Source: Eledone cirrhosa (taxonomy: Eukaryota). From it: 64,000 nucleotides of DNA. A program made the position numbers and the translations under genes. The notes below the pieces were generated by a model that ran no database searches, had not been told where the DNA came from, and worked only from the letters and a program-made list of their open reading frames with translations. Numbering within the stretch: the first letter of the stretch is position 1; every line of letters starts with the position of its first letter. Location of the stretch: positions 316,634,001-316,698,000 of the forward strand of contig OZ024743.1 of assembly GCA_964016885.1 (NCBI GenBank). The letters run 5' to 3'. Of the stretch, positions 39,963 through 52,891 are shown piece by piece.

Positions 39963-42466
39963 ACGTATTATATTGGTTGTTTGATATTGGAACAGCAGCT
40001 ATTGTCTTTGGATCCTTGGATCAACCAGACTATCTTTATACAATTTGCTACCATTTCTCCTTTGTGCCTTTCTCTTCCATTTTGACATGAATCATTTCAT
40101 TGTCATCTTCCCACTGTCTTAGAAGTCTTTCAAATAGTCTCTTCTGGTCTCTTATATACCACTTTAAAACAACATAGGCCTGCCTGTTGTCTGTGAATTT
40201 TGAAACATGTCAGGCCCAATGGAAATTGTGCTTTCATCATTCATTCCACTGTATTCCCTAATTAACCTTGTTTCAGGTATCCTCCTACAATGATATTCCT
40301 AGCGTGGATCTTTCTTTGGTCTTCTGTATCATTATCAATCACTGTTCTTCTTTCTTCTGAGTAGCCCACATTTCTTGGCACCTATCATAAGATTTCTAAA
40401 GAGTTAGAAAGTTCTCGTAGTCAGCATCTAAGTTTGAATGGACTCACACAGAGATGAGGATTCAATTTCTGGTTGGATAGGTGCTATTCTGAATTGAAAG
40501 GAGGTAAATTGGCAGATCATTAAAACATCAGATAAATACTTGTGATATTTGTTCTGCCTCTCTGTATTCTGAGTTTAAATCTCATCAAAGTGAACTTTGC
40601 CTTTCATTCTTTCAAGATAAATAAATAACATACCAGTCCAGTATTAGGGTTGATACTTGTCCTCCCTCTCTCTCATAAATCAGCTCTGTTCAAAGCTGGA
40701 GGGAGCTGGGCTCCACCAGTTTTGTTTTAAATGCCAAGACATGCTCTATGTGACAATGGTGCCCCTACAACTCATCAAGAGTGCTGGGCCCATTAATGGA
40801 TAGATGAACTCTGAATAGAGATGAAATAGTGTGAGATAATGCAGAAGAATAGTAGAAGAAATGAATGGACTAATACTAACAAAATGTTCTTTGTGATGTG
40901 ATATGTGATAGTCCTGTAACTCCTGTTGGAGTCATGGGTGCCATATATGGCATTTCTTGAGCATTTTAATCCTGGCAAAGCCCATCTCTCTCCAGTAGAT
41001 TTCTTCCAGAGAAGGACAGAGAGAAAGTGAGAAAGAGATGTAGAGAAAGAATCAACCCCAGTACGGGACTGATCATTTTTTATTGAGCTCAAAAGGGTGA
41101 AAGGCAAAGTTGACCTTGATGGTATTTAAACTCAGAGAACAGAGAGCTGGAACGAATACCACAAAGTATTCAGTCCGATGTTATAATGACTCTGCCAATT
41201 TGCCACCTTAAATGTTCTGTATTCTCTCATTATTTGGAAGATATTTACCAGTAATCACTGGGTAATTGCTGGCCTTGTGCCAAAAAGTAGAAACAATTAT
41301 TTGGAAGATATTTCACATCAACACTGTATATTTCCAGTTACCTCAGTGTGTTTCATCTCTGTCATCTCATAACTTTCATCATCATTTAACATCAATTTTT
41401 CTTCTATGCTGGCAAGAGTTTGACAAGTCGTCACAGGCCAAGTCAGTTCTTAATTGAAGTTATTGTTCTCTCAGAAGGGCTTATACTTTCCAGTTTTGTC
41501 ATGGTTTCTACAGTTGGATACCTTTCCTACCACTAACCACTTTACAGATACATTCTATCATGGCACCAATACTAGAGAGGTTGATGTGTCCATGATATGA
41601 CTGATGAGTCTTTTCAACCATTTGGACATTGTTTCTAGAGTTCGATACTCTTCCTATCATCAAACATTTTACAGAGTATACTAGGTGCCTTATATTGTGG
41701 CACCAAAATTAAGGAGGTTGTTGTGTCCATGACACAACTGAAGATTCTTCTCAACCCTTGTCTAAACTATTATAAAGCATCATCATCCATAAATAGGCAC
41801 ACTGTGTATCCACACACTGCACTCACACACAGTTGCACTCCCCAATTATTCTTGTCTTGACTGTTAAGGTTTACTGTGGTTCAATTGTTGACTTTGTAAT
41901 AGAATGTAATAGAATGGTGTCCTTGTACTCTCAGACATTTAATATCACATGTAACCAGGATTAAATCTCACCTGATGAGCATATAGACTGCTAAAGAAAA
42001 AGAGACTATAACTTTAACTTACGAAGAAAAGCTTATAGAATAATCTAGCAAATTAGATCTGGTTTAGAAATTAGGAAGCCACAGCAGGGATAGTTCCATA
42101 TTCTATATGTCATATTTTTCGGTATATAAGGAGCAACATTTTACCCCCAAATTAGACATTGAAATCCTCCTATGGTCTGTACACTGATTAAAATATCAGA
42201 TGTTACAAGAACTTTTTTCCACTCATTTATCATTAACAAAACATAAAAGGATGTATCTTATATACCGAATAATATGGTAGTTGGAGCTCTGGCAATATTA
42301 GTTCTAGGTCTAGTGTACATTGGAAGATATTGCAGGCAGTAACTTTTAACATTTAATGGAAAATTCTTTCAGTTTTGTGTTTTTGTTTTTCTTTAATATA
42401 TTTGATGTACTTTTTGTTTTTTTAATTAGAAGTCCATATATACATATATGTGTGTGTGTATATATA

Positions 42467-43022
42467 TATATATTATATTATTTATTAATGTTCATACATG
42501 GTACAAAAGTGCTACCCAAAGTTTCAAGGCCCAATATTGACCACACCTCCATTATACAAGAGGCATCAAAATTGTGATCTATCTTCAGGTGCTTATACAG
42601 TTTGTAAGATAGTTAAAAGTAATGCGTGTTAAAAATGCTAGCTTATGAAAAAAAGGTATTATAATAAAAGGAAATAACTTCAAGATGTAAATTTGAAAAG
42701 TAAGATAGAACACATGTTAGAGTTTGTATGCTATAGTTGAAGTATTGTATTTTGTGGTGGAATGTAGTATAGATGGTATTATGTATTAAGGTATGGTGTA
42801 GAGAAGTTTAGAAAGTGTATTATGTAAGTATGGAAAAAGAAAAAAAGTGGTTGGAAATCAGTTAAATTTGTTGAATATTTCCACTTAGCAAGCAATTAGG
42901 TTTTGAGATGGAGGCATCCTCTAAAAATTCCACTTTTTGAGTTCAAGTAAATATTGTTTAGAGATGACAATCCTTGTAATATTCTATTGTTCCGTGTATG
43001 AACATTAATAAATAATATAATA
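42467..43022 (-). mobile_element. Decayed Naiad PLE 3' end with an inverted terminal copy
   Basis: ~42850-42990 on - reads RILQGL..YLNSKSGIFRGCLHLK. A degenerate hammerhead lies at 42508-42593 (-). A ~36-bp inverted repeat links 42471-42506 and 42987-43022. Confidence 0.7.
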
Positions 43023-43083
43023 TTTCTGCTCTCTTCTTATTGAGGACAGTTTTCCTTTTTCCTTTTCACACCTACGAATATTG

Positions 43084-43123
<40 letters not shown>

Positions 43124-43172
43124 AAATGAGTTTTTTTTAATAAAAAAACAAGATATCCTACACGGGTGAAAG

Positions 43173-43389
43173 TATAAGGAAAAGAAATCGAAAATGCAAC
43201 TGGAGTCTTTTTAAGAATATTTATATCCTTTACTGGTTACATAATTCTTATGCTTTTCAAAAGTAAAATTGAGATGGAGGGTTTTTGGTTTGTGGTTATG
43301 AAAAGCATAAGAACTGTGAAACGGGTAAAGGAAATAAATAAATATTCTTAAAAAGACTCCAGTTGCATTTTCGATTTCTTTTTCTTATA
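43173..43389. repeat. Imperfect inverted repeat (~87-bp arms), probable PLE pseudo-LTR remnant
   Basis: AAGAAATCGAAAATGCAACTGGAGTCTTTTTAAGAATATTTAT and its reverse complement; the right arm has a TGAAAAGCA..TGTGAAACGGGTA hammerhead-like relic. Confidence 0.7.
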
Positions 43390-43442
43390 TATATATATAT
43401 ATTTTTGCGAGGTTTTTTATATGAAATCGTGTGTCGAAACAG

Positions 43443-43872
43443 ATATTGTTATATTTGGGGAGGGTCATATTTGCGTAATATTGCCAGAATTAATAACAGA
43501 ACACACTCACTGTTTGGTTGGTTTTCGCTTCTCGCTGTCTTTTATATATATATATCTGCGATCTAACTTACTCGGTCCTCAATGTTGCCATTGACTGACC
43601 GGCGATCAAAAATAATACAGATACAATATAGACACAAACACATATATATAGTTTACATGTAAACTATATATATGTGTTTGTGTCTATATTGTATCTGTAT
43701 TATTTTTGACCGCCGGTCAGTCAATGGCAACATTGAGGACCGAGTAAGTTAGATCGCAGATATATATATATAAAAGACAGCAAGAAGCGAAAACCAACCA
43801 AACAGTGAGTGTGTTCTGTTATTAATTCTGGCAATATTACGCAAATATGACCCTCCCCAAATATAACAATAT
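43443..43872. repeat. 430-bp near-perfect palindrome with no loop
   Basis: Centre GTTTACA|TGTAAAC at 43657/43658; 215-bp arms with two mismatches seen. Confidence 0.92.
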
Positions 43873-43979
43873 ATATATATTATAATATATATATGTATAT
43901 AGGTGTCATTGAACGAGTTTGTGAGCTGCACGATTTTGCACTGCCCGGTGCACAAAGCATTGTGTGTTATTAAAATGTA

Positions 43980-44520
<541 letters not shown>

Positions 44521-45165
44521 TTATATCAATTAAACTGTTATGTGTCTCTTATATTTAAATTTCTCAATGAAAGGATAACATTCTAATAAATTATCAACTC
44601 AGAGAATTAATTAAACATTAAACTTAAACAAAAATCTTGATGTAGTGGGAGGGGGGTTATAAGTTAAAATGGCTTAAATAAGTCGGTTTTACTCCTATAG
44701 TTCCCCAACCATGGTTTCTGGAATTCAAGAAACAATGTTAATTATTTGAAAACATTGGAATAATCAATATTGGAAGAATTTAAGTTCCATCATTCGGGAA
44801 TAAATTCTTTGGAATAAGAGGAGATTTGGAACATAAATCATACAGACTACATCATTTCTGAAACTGCATTGTATTTGACGCATTGCATCATTGAATTACT
44901 AAATGAACATATCTCTGTGAATGTATTAGAACAATATGACAAGCTTATAGTGGCGCTGGAAATAACAACCAAATTGTTTAAATCTACTCAACAATAAATT
45001 CTCATTGTATATATACTAGCATCCAAATTACATATCATATTGCCTTTCAAAAACTCACTATAATAGATGCAATATTTGATATTTGCCATGTAATTGTAAA
45101 ATCATGGAAAGAATTATTTATTTACAAAAAAAATCAAAGAATTTTAAACATAAATAACGTTTTAA

Positions 45166-45361
45166 CTCTTTAGCATTTACATTACTCTAAAAGCTTTACC
45201 TCACTTAATTATCTCACATAATATCAAAGTTACAAAATGTTGATGTTATTTATTTTGAGAACAACACCTTAACATAAGTATGAGCAGCTGGTTACAATCA
45301 GTTTGAACAGAAAGAGGTGAGAGAATTCTGGCCAGATATGGCCAGTTTAAATGCTAAAGGG
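45166..45361 (-). mobile_element. TTAA MITE copy
   Basis: TTAA|CTCTTTAGCATTTAC...AATGCTAAAGGG|TTAA. Confidence 0.8.
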
Positions 45362-46341
45362 TTAAAAGAAGATAAGACATCTTTTCAGTATAGTGTAAGT
45401 TGGATACTTGAGTTGACCAAACCATCAGATGTCTTTATACATTGCTGGTTACAGTGTTCAAAGGAAGAGGAGAACCATTTCTCTATGCCATCTGCATTTG
45501 TAGTTGCAGCTGCATATGGCAAGGTTGATTATCCAGCCTACAGGTACCTGAGATACTTAACCAGCCTTTGGTCACTTGGATTTAGTTCTGCCACTATAAA
45601 GTGAACTAGTGTTAAGTGTGTTGGACTTACAATCATAATGTCATGGTTTCCATTACTTGACTGGTTTGTGTGTTGAGTGCTTGAGCAAAACATTTCATTT
45701 CACGTTGCTCCAGTACGCTCAGCTGAAAATGAGTATCAGCAGCAATAGCAGGGAGGTTTAACTTTACAATGGACTGGTGTTCTGTCCAGGAGGGAGTCTC
45801 TGGGTTCAAGACAGACTTTAAACTGTAGAGTGGTCAGATTGACCCACAGGGAACTGAGACCCATCTTTTTATATAGTTTTAACTTTAAAATGATGTCACC
45901 TACCTGGCAGGTTGGCAGCCTTGCCATAGTGAGCTCTCTCTCCAGTTTAGCTAGCTTCCAACCTCTTTCAAATCAACTATGTACCCACTTCTGTAAGGTT
46001 GGTAGTCTTGTATATTTGTAGCTTGGTTGAACCCATCAGGGTAGATACATCGCACTCTGTCACCTTGGCTACTGAATTCCCATTACCATTGACCGAATTC
46101 CCATTACAATTGTGGTGTCATTATGAAGTACTGAAGTTAGATTTTGCAGCAGTAATAATGTAACTAAAATATTAAATATCCAGAGATAAAATGTTTATTG
46201 AAATAACAAAGCAAGATCAGAGAGCAAGGAAAGTCTTAAGGATCAAAGAGAAAATTACAAAACGTTCCAAATAATTTTGTCCCAATTTTGAAAGCTGATT
46301 ATTATTATTTCCTTCTTTTTTGTAATTTTCTGTCTTTTTAG

Positions 46342-46398
46342 ATCATTCATCGTCATGAATGTGTGGAAATTGAGATTGCACATCCTGCAAATGCTTAA
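46342..46398 (+). CDS. Candidate terminal coding exon of the FLVCR gene
   Basis: Strong pyrimidine tract ttccttctttttgtaattttctgtctttttag|, then phase-0 IIHRHECVEIEIAHPANA*, followed by AT-rich UTR-like DNA. No homology support; weaker alternatives exist at 19529 and 20721. Confidence 0.4.
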   Translation: MIHRHECVEIEIAHPANA

Positions 46399-49300
46399 AT
46401 TGAGAAAACATCAAATGGAAAACTTGTTTTGCTCTGCTCAAATTTCTCCCCCATATCCCATCCTTTCCCTTCTATTTTAATCTATAAATCTCTTATTGTC
46501 ATATGTGTTGTGATTTTGTGACAGATCAACGGAATTTGTAAAATAACAGATATAAAACAAAACAAAATGCAAAAAAAAAGGAAAGGAAAGAAAAAAAATG
46601 GCTCCAAAATGGAGCTGGAAACAGAAGTAAAAGAGTGAAAAATAAAGAAAAAATTACAAAGACCAAGAATAAAAGTTGAAACGAACATAAAAGTGATAAG
46701 ATTAAAAAATAAACATACACACACGAGGGGTGGGGGGACAAATAAGACAGAAAATAATAAATAAAAAAAAACCCTCAGGTGTTGTGAAAATAGTGAGTTG
46801 AATGTGGGGAGGAGGAGGAGGTATAGATAGAGACAGTGAAGAAGAAGCAGTATGGGAAAACATGAAAATGAAAAAAAATAAACAACAAAAAAATGAAGTA
46901 TTTATAAATGAACAGTTGCCATATAAGGTAAACTCTGGAGGTGGAACTAGTAACAACGAAAAGTAAAGATGAAATATATAACACAAGAAGAAATATCTTT
47001 GAAGAAATGAAAATCAATCAATTATAAAAAAAACCATATATATATATATGGATGCAGTAAAAACCTGTTTAGACAATTACTCACCAGAGTACTCAATACT
47101 TGGGATAGAGTATGGTAATACAAAAGAGTCGGGACCCTGACGGCTGTGCTCTTGCCGTTTCAACAGCTAGTTCCAGACTCTATATATATACATATACACA
47201 TGTATGTATATATCTGTATGTAAATATATGTGTATATGTATATATATTTATATGTAAGGATATATGTATTATATATATATGTATGTTTGTATGTTTATGT
47301 ATGGTTATATATATATGTGTGTATGTGTGTGTATATATATAGATTTTGAAGATTACAAACTCTCTAGTCACAAATCACATTTCACACCCAAAGCGATCAC
47401 CTAATTTGTGAGATGATATGGAAATATGATGTAAACCAGGGACTATTCCTATTTATTCCATTAGGACTGTATAACCAGGGAGACATGTTACAGAATATAG
47501 TAGATGTAAACAATGAAGGCTTCAGTGTAACATCTGTTAATAACATAACGACTGTTTCTGTAACAATCCTGCTCACAAGCTTTTGTATGTCTGTGTATGT
47601 AAATCTGTGGCTATGGGCCAATGTGTACCTTTTTCATATAATCTATATAATCTTATTACCTATAATGTCTGTTAAAAATTGGGGCATGTATGAAACCATA
47701 GATTTCTGAATACAGGACTTATGACTCACCCATTTTAGAGAACCACCTTTATGTTTGGTTCCCCTTTTAAACAACATAGTTTGTAAGCATTTAATTATTA
47801 ACTGTTATCACCTATGGTCATGAATCTTGGTAATGACCTAAACAATATCATCACAAATTCAAACAGCTGAAATGGGGTTCTTCAAGAGCATCTTTGAAGT
47901 AACATTGCTCAATAGGGTGCATAGATCGGAAATCAGAGATTCACTCTAGGTAGAGCCTCTACTTCTCCAAATTAAGAGATCACAGCTCTTATATTACGGG
48001 CATGTGGTTAGAATGTCTCAGGAAAGAATCCCTTGACAAATTTTACAGGCAAAAACTAACCGACAGGAGACAGGGGGTGGGGGTAGACCACAGGCAAAAA
48101 TGGTTGGATAACATCCATGAGCTCAGCTGGTCTCACTTAAGGATCCAGGTAGATAGGGCTCTTAGGAAGGAGTGTCTGAGGACTCTGCCAGTATGTCCTC
48201 TAAAGAATAGATGGGTGAAATAGAAGGGTAATCACTTCATCCTTTCTTATATTAGCTAACTTTATTTATTTATTTAGGCTTATGTACACATATAATCCTT
48301 ACACTCTTTATATAATGGTGTGTGTATCACTTAAAATTCTTTATATATTTAAGCATTCTTTTATATGATATCCATATATACCCCCCCCCCCCCCCCATTA
48401 ATTTCCCTCTTGACCATCTCAAGATAGAAGATAATATGGCACCAATGTATACTCCAGAGGTTTCTTTTACAGTCAACTTCTGGGAAACAAAAGATAAAAT
48501 ATGCTTGTCTAGCTAACATAGTTAGTTATACATATTTATATTATTTCTTAGCTTTTATTAGTTTATTTTGTATTTTGTTTTATTTCATTATTTTTCATCT
48601 CTTTATTTTGATGGTTATGTTTATTCCTGTATTTTTGCATGTTTGTATCATTGTAATTACTGGTATTTTTTCAAATGCTGACCTCATATCCAAACACTAT
48701 GTCAAAATACAACATTCTCTCCGACCCCACATCTTTTCTCTCTCTCTCTCTCTTCCATTTAGTCTGTATTTATTTTCATGTTATATTTCTTAATATAACG
48801 GTAATGTTGTAATAAAGGGAGGCACGTGTATAAACATTTGCATAATACAAAAGCTGCAAAGAAAATTGTTATAGAAACAGTTATTATGCAATAAATGGGT
48901 GTGTCACTGAAGCTTTTATTGTTTACTATTATATATATATATATATACACACACACTTATATACACATACATATATATATATATGACATTATTTAAAGTG
49001 ACCCCATAAGGATGAAAGGCAAAGTTAAATCCCATTGAGGCTAACTTTGCCTTTCATCCTTATGGGTCGATAAAGTACCAGTAATGTACTGGGTAATTGC
49101 TGGCCTTGTGCCAAAAGTAGAAACAATTATTTAAAGTGAGTCTGCTTGAGTTCCTATTCAGAGGAATTTCATTCTTAGTCCTCAGCTTCTGGAAGACCAG
49201 TATTAAGAAATTCCAGGTACCAATTCACTCACCTTGGCTTTGATAAATTAATATTATTTCACTTTACCTTACAGTATTTAGAACATTTCATACTTAATTC

Positions 49301-50223
49301 AAACCAGAGAGAATGTGTAATCATCTTCATGTATCATTTGTTGTTGTCTCGCGTTGTTGTACATCAGTCTCTTGTTGGCAATTCCTGAGAGTTACTGATG
49401 CATTGGGGCAAGCAATCTATCCTTATGCATCCAAAACTGATGTGAGTCTCCAGGGGTAGCTATTGAGGGGATATGTGTGTCTCCATTTGTCCGTTTTACT
49501 CAGATTTTTCAGTGTCTGTTGTCTTCATTGTCCACTGTGGTCAATTTTCATATACATATATATAGGAAAACGTATGACCCCGACGTATGTACCTTTATGT
49601 TCCTTAACAGTTCAATAAAAGAAGATCAATAATATATTTATAATATATTTATATATATATATATATATATATTTAATTATCAAGGTCATGTCTGAGTCCT
49701 GTTGTGCTGGAGTTTCATCTATATATTCACCTGCAAAATGATTTATCTCTACTATGATATTGAGTACTCATCCTCTTGACCATTTATACTAAATATATAA
49801 AAGTGTATATATATATGTGTGTATGTATATATATAATATTTAATATAGAAATGGCTTCTACAGGACTAGAACTGTCTCATTCAAAAGAAAATATATATAT
49901 AGATATATATGTGTGTGTGTGTGTGTCTGTGTAAAAATGTATGTGTTTATATAAACAAGCAGAAACACAGTCAAATTTGAACCATAAATGAACTTTATTG
50001 CATATTACAATTGTTTCAATATCAATCAGCTCAGGGTTGAATCATAATCTTCAGGGCCCGACTCTGCATTGATATCTCATCGGATATGCATTCATAGGTG
50101 CAAACATATATATATACATATATATAGTGGTGGAACACTGGAAGGTAATATCCATAGTGGTAGAGCACTCAATCCAAGGGACGAGTTAGGTAGAAGTGGT
50201 TACACAACAGTTAGTTCACCATA

Positions 50224-50263
50224 CCGAGAACAATTGTTTCACCTTTGCGGATCTTCAGCTCGG
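50224..50263 (-). ncRNA. Mirror hammerhead ribozyme
   Basis: Same motif on -, differing only in loop 2 (GCAAA). Confidence 0.85.
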
Positions 50264-50446
50264 GATGTATATGGTTATAGGAACAGGAAGGACAACCGTA
50301 TGAACGCACATGCGCAGAAACTCGGTCACTTCACACAGGCAATAGTAGACTGCGTACGGGAGGTGTAAGGGAGATAACTGCGAAAGTCCGGAAAGTTTTT
50401 TGGTTGAAAATAAAATTAAAAAATTAAAAAATAAAATTACAAAGAA

Positions 50447-50944
50447 TCAGTCCGGAGCCTTGTAGTTATGCAATAGATGTTTGCTGACGTGTGGACAACG
50501 TGTGAAAAGTTCACTTCTCATGTTTAGGCAATCACTATTGCGTAATCTCTTTAAGATAGTTATTCGTTCGTCAATACATAAGCCGCACGTCGGATTTCCC
50601 CTTGCGTATGGCTTGGACTTAGTGATGGCTTTCCATTGAATGGAGTACCCTATACTTGAGTCCTTGAGGGACCATACGTTGCTTGCGAGTTTCGTGGATG
50701 AACGTCTGTCCGGGTATCTGAAGGTAGACTGGTGGTTCAGGAAACGCTCCTTGAATCGGCCCTCCGCCATGCCCACATAGGATTTGACCTCCTGTGGTTC
50801 GTTTGGTCGGTTGGAAGTGACCACAGCTTCATAGATTACAGCTGGTGTGTTGCATTGTTGTTGAAGGGGGCAAGCTTCAGGCTTACGGCAAGAGCACCCT
50901 GGTGGGATGTTGCTCCTAGGGCTGCTGGTGATGTGGGCCTTCAT
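50447..50944 (-). CDS. Mirror copy of the GIY-YIG ORF, 165 aa
   Basis: Identical protein except NEPQEV versus NEPREV. Confidence 0.75.
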   Translation of the reverse strand: MKAHITSSPRSNIPPGCSCRKPEACPLQQQCNTPAVIYEAVVTSNRPNEPQEVKSYVGMAEGRFKERFLNHQSTFRYPDRRSSTKLASNVWSLKDSSIGYSIQWKAITKSKPYARGNPTCGLCIDERITILKRLRNSDCLNMRSELFTRCPHVSKHLLHNYKAPD

Positions 50945-50962
50945 GTTCTTAGCGCTAAGAAC

Positions 50963-51460
50963 ATGAAGGCCCACATCACCAGCAGCCCTAGGAGCAATAT
51001 CCCACCAGGGTGCTCTTGCCGTAAGCCTGAAGCTTGCCCCCTTCAACAACAATGCAACACACCAGCTGTAATCTATGAAGCTGTGGTCACTTCCAACCGA
51101 CCAAACGAACCACGGGAGGTCAAATCCTATGTGGGCATGGCGGAGGGCCGATTCAAGGAGCGTTTCCTGAACCACCAGTCTACCTTCAGATACCCGGACA
51201 GACGTTCATCCACGAAACTCGCAAGCAACGTATGGTCCCTCAAGGACTCAAGTATAGGGTACTCCATTCAATGGAAAGCCATCACTAAGTCCAAGCCATA
51301 CGCAAGGGGAAATCCGACGTGCGGCTTATGTATTGACGAACGAATAACTATCTTAAAGAGATTACGCAATAGTGATTGCCTAAACATGAGAAGTGAACTT
51401 TTCACACGTTGTCCACACGTCAGCAAACATCTATTGCATAACTACAAGGCTCCGGACTGA
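50963..51460 (+). CDS. PLE GIY-YIG endonuclease domain ORF, 165 aa from ATG
   Basis: MKAHI..GCSCRKPEACPLQQQC..VIY..YVGMAEGRFKERFLNH..CGLCIDER..LNMRSELFTRCPH; no stops or frameshifts. Expression unknown. Confidence 0.75.
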   Translation: MKAHITSSPRSNIPPGCSCRKPEACPLQQQCNTPAVIYEAVVTSNRPNEPREVKSYVGMAEGRFKERFLNHQSTFRYPDRRSSTKLASNVWSLKDSSIGYSIQWKAITKSKPYARGNPTCGLCIDERITILKRLRNSDCLNMRSELFTRCPHVSKHLLHNYKAPD

Positions 51461-51643
51461 TTCTTTGTAATTTTATTTTTAAATTTTTTTATTTTATTTT
51501 CAACCAAAAAACTTTCCGGACTTTCGCAGTTATCTCCCTTACACCTCCCGCACGCAGTCTACTATTGCCTGTGTGAAGTGACCGAGTTTCGGCGCATGCG
51601 CGTTCGTACGGTTGTCCTTCCTGTTCCTATAACCATATACATC

Positions 51644-51683
51644 CCGAGCTGAAGATCCGCGAAGGTGAAACAATTGTTCTCGG
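51644..51683 (+). ncRNA. Minimal type I hammerhead ribozyme in the PLE 3' UTR
   Basis: CCGAG-CUGAAGA-U-CC-GCGAA-GG-U-GAAA-CAAUUG-UU^-CUCGG: stem I CCGAG/CUCGG, palindromic stem III AACAAUUGUU. Confidence 0.85.
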
Positions 51684-52469
51684 TATGGTGAACTAACTGT
51701 TGTGTAACCACTTCTATATATATATATATATTGTAAAGAGGTAAGGCCACAACTATGAACCCAGCCATTTCATCTTGAGTGACTCCACCATGACTATCTT
51801 CAACAATGCCTAGTCTTCCCATTACCCTCTCATTGTTCACTATAAAGTTCATGCATGAGTGGGTTTCAAGACCCATATTTTTTTTTAGTAAGGGTCTTAT
51901 TTTCACACATCTTATTTGCATTTTAACTGACCAAAGAATAGAGAAACTAAAGACAAATATTCCTTTGAAATTACATGTAGAACTCAGGTTGAAATGTCTT
52001 GGCTTGCACTTGGTACCTTACCTCTGTACTATATCTCCTCTGTATTCCATCATGCTCCAGGTACAACCCTGATTTGTGGTCTTCCTGGTCCTTGCACCAT
52101 GGAAACGTTATATACACACACACACACACATATATATATATGTTTTAATGTATGTATATATATATACACACACACACACATACAAACACACATATATAGA
52201 GAGAGACGGTTTTATTTGTTTAAGTACTTGTGATATTTAACTGTAAATTTTGTTGTACTTGAAAATATTTGCTGTCTTCCTTTGAATCACAAACCTGAAT
52301 TTTATTGCTTTGATGGATTGAGAAATTGTACATTTTTATACATTATCTTTATAAATATCATTTGTTTCATTTGATTTTTTTACTAATCTCTTTTAGTTTT
52401 ATATGGATGCATAATTATGTTGCTACCTCAACAAACATTAGAAAATTATATGACTGGGAGTCCTATTAT

Positions 52470-52795
52470 CAAAATTCATCCCCCAAAATCTATGTGAGAT
52501 CCAGTGTCGTAGGAATCCAGCTAAACTTACATAGGTGTGAGCTATAACAACAACAACACTGGGCCCCCTATCTAAAAATGCATGAGAAACCTTCTATGAA
52601 ATATAAACTCCTATGGGGCCAACTAAATCTAGATAAGTGTCAGCTGTAACAATAAAATACCCATGAAACCTCCTATGAGATACAAGCTTGTAGGAGGCCA
52701 GCTAAACTTACTCAGAGGCCCCAATGTAGTTCACTCCTATCATTAAAATACCCAAGAAACCTCCTGAGATACACAATCTCGTAGGAGGCCAGCTC
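52470..52795. repeat. Degenerate ~85-bp tandem repeat
   Basis: About four copies of AAAATACCC..GAAACCTCCTATGAGATACAA..GTAGGAGGCCAGCTAAACTTAC; a related single copy lies at ~16195-16270. Confidence 0.6.
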
Positions 52796-52855
52796 ATTTT
52801 TTTTCCAAAAAACATTTAAAAGTTATATTTCTTCTATGTATTCATAAATGTTTGC

Positions 52856-52891
<36 letters not shown>

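Larger units (their letters stand above)
50127..51716. mobile_element. Head-to-head duplicated Naiad PLE 3' end forming a 1526-bp palindrome (50191-51716)
   Basis: Centre TTCTTAGC|GCTAAGAA at 50953/50954; 763-bp arms; (TA)n on both flanks. The left arm extends a further ~64 bp. Confidence 0.93.

Noticed and set aside
44640-45130. Possible decayed DNA-transposase fragment
   Set aside because: No convincing motif in the frames I could read by eye.
50732-50962. Hydrophobic N-terminal extension of the 242-aa ORFs
   Set aside because: It is the antisense reading of the opposite palindrome arm, and it starts at GTG.
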